This document shows positions 56,629-64,000 of a stretch of DNA of 64,000 nucleotides, piece after piece. The notes under the pieces are model-generated. The model saw only the letters and a program-made list of their open reading frames with translations. It made no database searches and was not told the origin of the DNA. A program made the position numbers and the translations under genes. The DNA lies in NCBI GenBank assembly GCA_050943375.1, contig JBMNPB010000001.1, forward strand, positions 102,278-166,277, read 5' to 3'. The stretch's first letter is position 1; every line of letters begins with the position of its first letter. This DNA comes from a bacterium. Lineage in GTDB: Bacteria; Bacillota; SLNR01; JBMNPB01.

Positions 56629-56925
56629 ATGCAGTTCAAAATCAATTTGCAATTATTTGCACATAAAAAAGGGATGGGCAGTTCCCGCAACGGGCGCGAC
56701 AGCGCCGCGCAACGTCTGGGGATTAAATGCCATGACGGCAATCTCGTGCCTGCCGGCAGTATTCTGGTCCGGCAGCGGGGAACGCGGATTTACCCGGGAA
56801 CAAATGTCGGCCTGGGCAAAGACGATACCCTCTTTGCGAAGGTTGCCGGGATCGTGAGTTACAAACGCGTAGGCAAAGATAAAAAGAGCGTCAGTGTCCA
56901 CCCGGTCCAGGAAGTCACGGCGTAA
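56629..56925 (+). CDS. rpmA: 50S ribosomal protein L27 with Prp-cleaved N-terminal extension
   Basis: [10 protein letters not shown]|AHKKG… extension typical of Firmicutes. ATG 56629 after RBS aaggagg. Confidence 0.95.
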   Translation: MQFKINLQLFAHKKGMGSSRNGRDSAAQRLGIKCHDGNLVPAGSILVRQRGTRIYPGTNVGLGKDDTLFAKVAGIVSYKRVGKDKKSVSVHPVQEVTA

Positions 56926-56933
56926 GATTGTGA

Positions 56934-56966
56934 AGCCAGTGGGATTATGCACTGGCTTTTTCTTTT
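56934..56966 (+). terminator. rho-independent terminator after rpmA
   Basis: 8-bp stem agccagtg/cactggct followed by tttttctttt. Confidence 0.6.
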
Positions 56967-57060
56967 GCCGGAAGACGGGGATATTACCACGGCAGGTGTT
57001 TTTGGAAAGCCGTCGAAATTAGGAGCGGAATGTATTAAGCATCTGAAACGAGGGGGAGCC

Positions 57061-57858
57061 GTGCAGAAGAGGTATTGGCTGCTGCAGACGTTCGCGTTAC
57101 TGTTATTGGCCGGGTTGATTGCGCTGGGCGCCTTGATTATATGCCGGATACCGGCGGCGATGGGAGGGTGCTCCGCCCGTCTGCTGCTCGCAGTTTGTCT
57201 CGTTTGCGGCCTCGTTTTCCTGCTTTGTCTCCGCCGGGCGGGGAATGATGCGGAGATTGAAGCGGCGCTGCAGGCAGCCAGACGGGAGGAGCAGTCCGCT
57301 TTAGTGCAGGCGCTGCGGATGCAAAAGCATGATTTCGCCAACCACTTACAGGTAATTGCTGGCCTGGCTCAACTGGGGAAATCGGAACGATTGCTGCCGT
57401 ATATTCAGGAAATCGCCGCGGCCGGAGCCGGCTTAAATGCGTACTCGGCCATCTGTCAGCCGGAAATCAAAACGGTTCTGTTGGCCAAAGCTTATATCGC
57501 CGCAGCTCGCCGTCGCCAGCTTGATCTGGTGGCGGAGACGGATCTGGCTGTTTTTGCCCTTGATGCGGAAAAATTTGCTTCTTATCTCGGCAGTGTCCTG
57601 GATATTCTGCTGGAAGAGACCAGCGAAAGCAGCGGAGAGACGGACCGGTTTATCCTTTATATCAGTGAGGGACACGGGTTTTATGAAGTAACAATGAGCG
57701 GGGAACGGGAAACCATTGACCGCCTGGCCCGGCATCAAGCGGTCGGTGCGGCAATCCGCCGCGAATTTGGCGGTACTTACGAGTTTGTCCCGCTGGCCGG
57801 AGGGGAAGCGAAGATTGTTTTGCGTTTTCCCAAATTGCGGCGCCGGGGCAGGGAATAA
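57061..57858 (+). CDS. membrane-anchored Spo0B-like phosphotransferase-domain protein
   Basis: Two N-terminal TM helices, then a Spo0B-type helical hairpin with conserved His (…LRMQKHDFANHLQVIAGLAQLG…) and a C-terminal ATPase-like alpha/beta domain. Occupies the B. subtilis spo0B slot between rpmA and obg. GTG 57061 after RBS agggggag. The ORF-track start 56947 lies inside the rpmA terminator. Confidence 0.6.
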   Translation: MQKRYWLLQTFALLLLAGLIALGALIICRIPAAMGGCSARLLLAVCLVCGLVFLLCLRRAGNDAEIEAALQAARREEQSALVQALRMQKHDFANHLQVIAGLAQLGKSERLLPYIQEIAAAGAGLNAYSAICQPEIKTVLLAKAYIAAARRRQLDLVAETDLAVFALDAEKFASYLGSVLDILLEETSESSGETDRFILYISEGHGFYEVTMSGERETIDRLARHQAVGAAIRREFGGTYEFVPLAGGEAKIVLRFPKLRRRGRE

Positions 57859-57925
57859 ATCAGAGCGGTAAGGGCAGAATTGACAGAAAAGGACTGCGTA
57901 ATTTCCAGGATGATAGGGTGAGATT

Positions 57926-59203
57926 ATGTTTATTGATAAGGTCAAAATATTTGTCAGAGGCGGGGACGGCGGCAATGGATGCGTCGCTTTCCGGCGGGAA
58001 AAGTATGTGCCGGAGGGAGGCCCGAATGGCGGCGATGGCGGCAAGGGGGGCGATGTTATTTTTTTTGTTGACCCCGGGGCGAGGACTTTACTCGACTTCC
58101 GTTATCAAGGCCATTATAAGGCGGGGCGGGGCGAGCATGGAATGGGCAAAGGGATGCACGGCCGTGCCGGTGACAGTCTCCGGGTGGCGGTGCCGCCGGG
58201 AACGTTGGTATATGATGCGGAGAGCGGAGAGTTGATCGCCGACTTGATCCGCCCGGAAGAGGAAGCAGTTGCAGCCCGGGGCGGCCGGGGCGGCCGCGGT
58301 AATCCTCATTTTGTCTCGGCGGTGAACCGGGCGCCGCGGATGGCCGAAAAAGGCGAGCCGGGGGAGGAGCGCTGGTTGCGCCTGGAATTGAAGCTCCTGG
58401 CCGACGTCGGATTGGTGGGATTGCCCAATGCCGGCAAATCCATGCTTCTCAGCACCGTCTCGGAAGCGAAGCCGAAAATAGCTGATTATCCCTTCACGAC
58501 TCTTTCTCCCAATCTGGGCGTCGTCAAGGCGGGCGATGGGCGCAGCTTTGTGATGGCCGATATCCCCGGTTTGATCGAAGGGGCACACGCCGGAGCGGGG
58601 CTCGGGCATGAGTTCCTCCGGCATATCGAGAGGACCAAGGTTCTCGTCCACGTGGTGGATGCCTCCGGGTTTGCCGGCCAGGATCCTCTGGCGGATTATG
58701 CCGCGGTCGATCAGGAGCTTAAGCTATACGACCCGGCTCTGGCTGAGCGGCCGCAAATTGTCGCTCTGAACAAAATTGATCTTACCGAGGCGCGGGACAT
58801 TGCCGTCCGCCTGGCCGGGGTTTTCCGGGACCGCGGTCTGGAAGTGTTCCTGATATCCGCCGCTACCGGGGAAGGGGTCCGGGAGATGATTTACCGGGTG
58901 GCTGATCTTTTGGCGGCGGTGCAGGCCGAGGCTGTCCCGCCGGCGGAAAAAGATCGGCCGGAAAAAATATACCGGGCCAGGCCAAGCGGCTTTAGCGTCC
59001 GCCGCGCCGACGGCATATATGTGATAGAAGGGGAGGATATCGAGAGAATTGTGGCGATGACCGATTTTGAAAACGAGGAGGCGGTCCGGCGCTTTCAGAA
59101 TATCCTGCGGAAGATGGGGATAAGCGCTGCTTTGCGGGAAAAAGGTCTGAAAGATGGTGATGCTGTCAGCATCAGGGGGATTGAATTTGCTTATACTGAG
59201 TAG
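57926..59203 (+). CDS. obg: GTPase Obg/CgtA
   Basis: Gly-rich Obg fold (…GGDGGNGC…GGDGGKGG…), G-domain GLPNAGKS and C-terminal TGS-like domain. Confidence 0.95.
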   Translation: MFIDKVKIFVRGGDGGNGCVAFRREKYVPEGGPNGGDGGKGGDVIFFVDPGARTLLDFRYQGHYKAGRGEHGMGKGMHGRAGDSLRVAVPPGTLVYDAESGELIADLIRPEEEAVAARGGRGGRGNPHFVSAVNRAPRMAEKGEPGEERWLRLELKLLADVGLVGLPNAGKSMLLSTVSEAKPKIADYPFTTLSPNLGVVKAGDGRSFVMADIPGLIEGAHAGAGLGHEFLRHIERTKVLVHVVDASGFAGQDPLADYAAVDQELKLYDPALAERPQIVALNKIDLTEARDIAVRLAGVFRDRGLEVFLISAATGEGVREMIYRVADLLAAVQAEAVPPAEKDRPEKIYRARPSGFSVRRADGIYVIEGEDIERIVAMTDFENEEAVRRFQNILRKMGISAALREKGLKDGDAVSIRGIEFAYTE

Positions 59204-59340
59204 ATATCAGCAGAAAAATTAAACGAAGCCGGACCCTGCTTATTAAGTTGCGGCTGGGGAAAAGGCCGGCCGGGTGGTGAAACCCAGCGAAGGCGATTCC
59301 GGAAAGAACGGGAAGATATCCGGAAAGTTATCTGAGAAAA

Positions 59341-59368
59341 GGCACATGGAAAGCCATGTGCCTTTTGC
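59341..59368 (+). terminator. rho-independent terminator after obg
   Basis: ggcacatgg-aaag-ccatgtgcc followed by ttttg. Confidence 0.65.
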
Positions 59369-59381
59369 CGCGGCAAACCGG

Positions 59382-59410
59382 TTGTCGGCGGCCGGGGAAG
59401 ATGTTATAAT
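59382..59410 (+). promoter_or_regulatory. sigmaA promoter (TTGTCG-17-TGtTATAAT) for nadD
   Basis: ttgtcg 59382-59387 and extended -10 tgttataat 59402-59410. Confidence 0.5.
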
Positions 59411-59453
59411 CGACTTATATTCGGCGCGGACAGGCAGAATACAGGAGGTTGGT

Positions 59454-60086
59454 GTGTTGCAGGCAAAAAAGCGCATTGGGATCATCGGCGGAACTTTTGA
59501 CCCGATCCATTACGGGCACTTGGTAAATGCGGAAGGAGCCAGAGTGGAGTTCGGGCTTGACAAAGTAATTTTTGTTCCCAGTGGTAAACCGCCGCATAAA
59601 AAAGATTATCACATTACCGACCCTGAAGACAGATATCTGATGACTCTGCTGGCAACGATCACTAACCCGCATTTCGAGTTGTCCCGGGCGGAGATCGACC
59701 GGACCGGTCTTTCGTATACAGTGGACACGATCCGGGAGTTCAAAACGGCCTATGGTGGCGTAGCCGATTTATTTTTTATCACCGGCGCCGATGCGATTCT
59801 GGAAATCCTGACTTGGAAGAATGTCGGCGAACTGATCACCCTATGCCAGTTTGTCGCGGCGACCCGGCCGGGCTATTCGCTGACTGGACTGCAGAATATC
59901 GTTTCCACCGTCCGCCAGAAAGAGCGGGCTGATTTCACTGTACACAGCATTGAGGTGCCGGCACTGATGATCTCTTCGACCGATATCCGTCACCGGGTCG
60001 CGGGGGGGCGGCCGATAAAATATCTGTTGCCGGAAGCGGTGGAAAATTATATTTTCAAGGAAAAACTGTATGTCGGCGGCCGTTAA
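59454..60086 (+). CDS. nadD: nicotinate-nucleotide adenylyltransferase
   Basis: [11 protein letters not shown] (HxGH) motif. GTG 59454 after RBS aggagg. The ORF-track upstream extension is rejected. Confidence 0.9.
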   Translation: MLQAKKRIGIIGGTFDPIHYGHLVNAEGARVEFGLDKVIFVPSGKPPHKKDYHITDPEDRYLMTLLATITNPHFELSRAEIDRTGLSYTVDTIREFKTAYGGVADLFFITGADAILEILTWKNVGELITLCQFVAATRPGYSLTGLQNIVSTVRQKERADFTVHSIEVPALMISSTDIRHRVAGGRPIKYLLPEAVENYIFKEKLYVGGR

Positions 60087-60312
60087 AAAAAGAGCCGTTT
60101 GACAAGGCAGGATGTTTATGGTATTCTGTTTTTATTATATTGGGGAATGACGCCATTATTAGGCAGGATTTTTCTTCTTGCGCCAGGAGATAATAGATTT
60201 GCAGTGGAGTTGTTTTATTGTTGAATCGGACAGGGCGGGGGTGCCTGGCGCTGAAAACCTGGGGATCCCCGTGCAAATGATTGGCAATTTCTCCGAAAGT
60301 GAGGTGACGAGA

Positions 60313-60564
60313 ATGGCAAAAACGTTGTATGTCGGTAATTTACCCTGGACAACAACGGAAGAAGAATTGACAGAAGCTTTTGGCGCTTATGTAACTGTTG
60401 AAAGCGTCAGAATTATCAAAGACCGGGAAACCGGCCGTTCCAAGGGATTTGGGTTTGTTGAAGTAACGGAGGACGATCTGGAAGACGTTATTGCCAAGAT
60501 GAATGGTTCGACCATGGGCGGAAGAACGTTGGTCGTGAATGAGGCGAAACCCCGCCTTGCCTAA
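60313..60564 (+). CDS. RRM-type RNA-binding protein
   Basis: 83 aa. RNP2 LYVGNL and RNP1 KGFGFVEV. ATG 60313 after RBS gaggtga. Confidence 0.85.
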   Translation: MAKTLYVGNLPWTTTEEELTEAFGAYVTVESVRIIKDRETGRSKGFGFVEVTEDDLEDVIAKMNGSTMGGRTLVVNEAKPRLA

Positions 60565-60739
60565 GCAGTCAAATTTTGTTTGCATTCTGGGTCCCCCTCG
60601 GCTGCAGTGCGGTCCGGCGACCGCGCCAACTGCCCGCGTTACGGGAGGGGCCTTTGTTTTGCCTAATTGTCGAAGGAACAATTCCGGCAGGTTTTTCGTC
60701 TAATAATGGCGAATAAATATATTTTGAGGTGTTGATTCC

Positions 60740-61351
60740 ATGCTGGCGGAAGCAGAAATCGAGCAAAAGTTAAGGGAAAAGCTTTCCGCTGCGCGCTGGG
60801 CGCATTCCCGCCGGGTACAGGCGACCGCCGGTCGCTTAGCGCTGAAGTATGGCGCCGACGTCGGCCGGGCCAGACTGGCCGGCTTGGTGCATGACTGTGC
60901 CAAAGGGATGACGGCAGCGGAATTGATGAATGCCGCCAGCCTTTTCGGACTCAAGCCGGATCGGGTCGAAATTGAGCAGCCGGACTTATTGCACGGACCG
61001 GTAGGAGCTGGACTCTGCCGCAGGGAATTTGGCATCACCGATGAAGCTGTCCTAAGCGCGGTCAGCAAGCATACAACCGGCGACGGGAAAATGGCTGTCC
61101 TCGAAAAAATTATCTATATCGCCGATTACACCGAACCGGGCCGCGTTTTTCCCGGTGTCGGGCGACTGCGGGCGGCGGCGGAGCGGGATCTGGACTGCGC
61201 CGTATTGCTGGCGGCAGATCAGACGATCCGTTATGTGACGGTGCGGGGCTGGCTTTTACACCCCCGGACGCTGGCAGCACGCGAAGCCGCCCGGCAGAAA
61301 GTCGTCAGAAAAGGAGTAAACTGTCATGACGATGCAAACAAGATTGAATAA
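60740..61351 (+). CDS. yqeK: HD-domain bis(5'-nucleosyl)-tetraphosphatase YqeK
   Basis: HD motif (…HSRRV…LVHDCAK…). Conserved nadD-yqeK neighbourhood. Confidence 0.85.
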   Translation: MLAEAEIEQKLREKLSAARWAHSRRVQATAGRLALKYGADVGRARLAGLVHDCAKGMTAAELMNAASLFGLKPDRVEIEQPDLLHGPVGAGLCRREFGITDEAVLSAVSKHTTGDGKMAVLEKIIYIADYTEPGRVFPGVGRLRAAAERDLDCAVLLAADQTIRYVTVRGWLLHPRTLAAREAARQKVVRKGVNCHDDANKIE

Positions 61352-62585
61352 AAGACATCCCAAACGCCGTATTACCTGGCGCTTTGTTCTGAGCGTCGCC
61401 GTGCTGGTCTTAGCTGGCTTTCTGCTGACAGCCGGTTCGGCCCTGTACGAGTTTCTCGGTAATCTGAACAATGATCCGGCTTTTGCCGGGGAAGCCCTGC
61501 CGAAGCCGCAGCCCGGGGAGAATATCAATATACTTATCCTCGGCATCGACGTCCCGGTTGACGGAAAAGGCAATGTTATCAAGGGAGTAGCGGCAAGGTC
61601 GGATACCATAATGCTGGCGACGGTAGACATGGAGGAAAAAGAGGTTAGTCTGCTTTCGATTCCGCGGGACACGAAAGTACGGATTCCGGGCCGGAGCGGC
61701 CACGATAAAATGAACGCGGCCCATGCTTACGGCGGCCCGATGCTTGCACTGCAGACGGCGGAGGAACTTTTCGATATCCCGGTTCATTATTACATTCGGA
61801 CGAATGTGGCCGGTTTCAGTGAGATCATTGATATTCTCGGCGGAGTTAATATCTATGTTGAGAAAGATATGTACTATCCCGATCCTTGGCAGGATCTGGT
61901 GATTGATCTGAAGAAAGGGCAGCAGACGTTGGACGGGGATAAAGCGATGCAATATGTCCGTTATCGGAGCGACGGCGACGATCTGACGCGGATTCACCGG
62001 CAGCAGAAGTTCATGACCGCTTTGGCTGACAAAATGCTTAAGCCCGCTACCCTGCTCCGAATCCCGAACCTGATGAATGAGATTACCAAATATATCACCA
62101 CCAATATGGAGCCGGCTGATATGCTACGGCTGGCTAATCTGGCTGTCGGCATGAACAAAGAGAATATCCAGATGGAAGTCATGCCCGGTTATCCGAATAA
62201 TTATGCCGCTGGCGAAGATGGCGGGATCAGCTATTGGATCCCGGACAAGACTAAAGTTACCCGACTGATGGATAAGGTATACCGGGATATCGACGCAGAA
62301 GCGAACAGCGCTATCAAAATCGAAATCCTTAACGGTACGAATCGCTCCGGTCTTGCCGCTAATTTGTCCGAATATCTTGTGAGCAAGGGATTTACAGTCA
62401 TAAATACGGGCAACGCAGACAACAATAAATATGAATTGACTAAAGTTATCGACCGTACCGGGGATAACGGGAAAATTGAGGCTCTCGCCAAAGTATTCGG
62501 CCAGGGAAGGCTCTTCCATGAGGAAGCAGCGGAGAGCGGCGCCGATATCACGATTATCATTGGTTCCGATTATGAGGGCAATTAG
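61326..62585 (+). CDS. LytR-CpsA-Psr (LCP) family cell-wall polymer transferase with C-terminal LytR_C domain
   Basis: N-terminal TM, LCP catalytic domain (…ILILGID…RSDTIMLATVD…SIPRDT…) and C-terminal LytR_C-like domain. Confidence 0.85.
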   Translation: MTMQTRLNKRHPKRRITWRFVLSVAVLVLAGFLLTAGSALYEFLGNLNNDPAFAGEALPKPQPGENINILILGIDVPVDGKGNVIKGVAARSDTIMLATVDMEEKEVSLLSIPRDTKVRIPGRSGHDKMNAAHAYGGPMLALQTAEELFDIPVHYYIRTNVAGFSEIIDILGGVNIYVEKDMYYPDPWQDLVIDLKKGQQTLDGDKAMQYVRYRSDGDDLTRIHRQQKFMTALADKMLKPATLLRIPNLMNEITKYITTNMEPADMLRLANLAVGMNKENIQMEVMPGYPNNYAAGEDGGISYWIPDKTKVTRLMDKVYRDIDAEANSAIKIEILNGTNRSGLAANLSEYLVSKGFTVINTGNADNNKYELTKVIDRTGDNGKIEALAKVFGQGRLFHEEAAESGADITIIIGSDYEGN

Positions 62586-62612
62586 AAGAGCAGGCAAGCA
62601 GGAGGTGCATTA

Positions 62613-62981
62613 ATGCAGGACAAGGCAAGGGAACTGGCCTATCTGGTCGCGGCAGCCGCTGACGATAAACGGGCAAAAGATATCAGGATTCTGAAAGTGG
62701 AAGGCATCACTCTGGTAACCGATTATTTCGTTATTTGCAGCGGTAATTCTACGACCCAGGTGCAGGCAATTGCCGACGGGATAGGGGAGAAGTTGAAAGA
62801 AGCGGGGCAACGGGCCGGTCATATCGAAGGTTACCGGGAAGCAAAATGGGTTTTGCTCGATCTCGGCTCGGTGGTCGTCCATATTTTCACTGACGCGGAA
62901 CGGGACTTCTATGACCTAGAGCGGCTCTGGGGCGATGCTGAGTCGATTGGTTTTACGCCGGCAACAACGGTGAACAACTGA
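62613..62981 (+). CDS. rsfS: ribosomal silencing factor RsfS (Iojap)
   Basis: 122 aa Iojap-family (…DYFVICSGNSTTQVQAIADGI…HIF…). Confidence 0.9.
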   Translation: MQDKARELAYLVAAAADDKRAKDIRILKVEGITLVTDYFVICSGNSTTQVQAIADGIGEKLKEAGQRAGHIEGYREAKWVLLDLGSVVVHIFTDAERDFYDLERLWGDAESIGFTPATTVNN

Positions 62982-63076
62982 ATGTGGTGATTTCAGCAGA
63001 AAATTAGCGTTGCCAGAATAAACCCTTTGACAATTGCGGCGTTTTATACTAAAATATTTATTGCGATTGAAAATTT

Positions 63077-63152
<76 letters not shown>

Positions 63153-63211
63153 ACGAAATATTATCCGAACCTTTTTGTTTTACCAGATTGTTTCGGGATA
63201 GTAATAAAGAT

Positions 63212-63250
63212 AGCAGACCTGGATTGATTCCGGTCTGCTGTTTTTATTTT
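63212..63250 (+). terminator. rho-independent terminator after tRNA-Ala
   Basis: 8-bp stem agcagacc/ggtctgct followed by gtttttatttt. Confidence 0.65.
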
Positions 63251-63318
63251 GCTATAGGCATAATTGAATACATGAGATAATAACCCTCCCCACCATGCGA
63301 TCGCCGAAGGCGAAGCGC

Positions 63319-63369
63319 GTTGGATTGGATTCGGATTCGGATTGGATTCGGATTGGATTGGATTGGATT
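63319..63369. repeat. imperfect tandem (C)GGATT penta/hexanucleotide repeat, ~9 units
   Basis: ggatt ggatt cggatt cggatt ggatt cggatt ggatt ggatt ggatt read directly from the sequence. Confidence 0.75.
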
Positions 63370-63621
63370 ACGGGGACATTTGCTATCATTTGATTTCAAA
63401 TGATATTTTGAGGAAAAATAAGCACTTTATTTCAAATGTTTTCCGTTGTAAGTATTTGCTATCACATGATTTCCGGTGTTCCGAAGTCGGTTCCATCTGT
63501 AATCAATAGAAAGCGCCTGGAATCAGCCCAGGGCGCTTTATTTTTTGCCCTCCGGCGGTCAATTAGCTTGTTCCCCTTGAAGCGTCTAAGCTGTAAACAG
63601 GCGATTGAAGGGGGGCTGTGT

Positions 63622-64000
63622 ATGATCGTTATAAATCGCTATGCCATAGAATACGACGAAGCCAGGGCGGCTTATAGGATCATAAGCGCCAGGCCTTCTA
63701 TATGCCCGGATTGCGGCCAGGTCCTATCCGGATATGATACCAGGAAGCGACACGCGATCGACGGTTCAGGGGCCGTCAGGTGGTTCCTGTTGCGCCGGCT
63801 TCGGTGTTCTGGCTGTGGAAAGATACACCTTGAACTTCCGGACTTCATTCAGCCACAGAAGCACTATGAATCCCAGGTGATCCGCGAAACATTGACAGGC
63901 CTTTCCGATCATTGTCCGGCCGACGATTCAACGATCTGGCGCTGGCGTAACCAGAATAACCCACCTGGTTTGCATTCAGCTTTTGATCCTGGCGCGGTAA
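63622..64000 (+). CDS. partial ORF (runs off the window) encoding a Cys-rich zinc-ribbon protein resembling IS-associated DUF6431-type proteins
   Basis: ATG 63622 after RBS gaagggggg. CPDCG…(28 aa)…CSGCGK zinc-ribbon pattern with …LPDFIQPQKHY… . Recognition of the family is from memory only. Confidence 0.4.
   Translation, partial: MIVINRYAIEYDEARAAYRIISARPSICPDCGQVLSGYDTRKRHAIDGSGAVRWFLLRRLRCSGCGKIHLELPDFIQPQKHYESQVIRETLTGLSDHCPADDSTIWRWRNQNNPPGLHSAFDPGAV

Noticed and set aside
56947-57060. Upstream extension (ATG 56947) of the Spo0B-like ORF
   Set aside because: Starts inside the rpmA rho-independent terminator hairpin and has no RBS. GTG 57061 with RBS agggggag is used.

Overview
A ~64 kb window from a high-GC (~58-60%) endospore-forming Firmicute with Clostridia-type gene order. 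It is mostly conserved housekeeping genes with one accessory island.

Backbone operons, in order:
- tig(partial)-clpP-clpX-lonB-lon-engB
- a convergent NitT/TauT-type ABC transporter on the minus strand
- T-box leader-valS, then folC
- rnfCDGEAB-apbE
- DUF4321-maf-radC-mreBCD-mrdA-minCDE-rodA-spoIVFA-spoIVFB
- radical SAM(TIGR03960-like)-DUF2344-rng
- rplU-prp-rpmA, Spo0B-like-obg, nadD-RRM protein-yqeK-LCP-rsfS
- tRNA-Ala(GGC), followed by a GGATT microsatellite and an IS-associated-looking partial ORF at the window edge.

Between folC and rnf lies an accessory redox island (~15.7-33.7 kb):
- It is bracketed on its left part by a ~340 bp direct duplication of the folC 3' end (15383-15718 and 22786-23125).
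- It carries an ECF S-component gene with a structured, riboswitch-like leader and a 110-bp AT-rich insertion.
- It carries an NADH-type multimeric [FeFe]-hydrogenase operon (NuoE-like / GHKL ATPase / thioredoxin-like ferredoxin / NuoF-like / HydA). The HydA H-cluster motifs are non-canonical (L1 TSCSPGW, L3 MCCPGGC).
- It carries a DRTGG-GHKL-DRTGG triad followed by a paralogous NuoE/NuoF module and a selenocysteine (in-frame TGA plus SECIS hairpin) formate dehydrogenase FdhA. The ORF track splits this FdhA into two ORFs.
- It ends with mobA, a cysteine-less FdhD homolog and an internally duplicated membrane protein of unknown family.

The Rnf cluster is also unusual: RnfC has a degenerate nucleotide-binding glycine loop and RnfG carries two FMN_bind domains.

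Long antisense ORFs in the track are GC-driven artifacts. No CRISPR array was seen.
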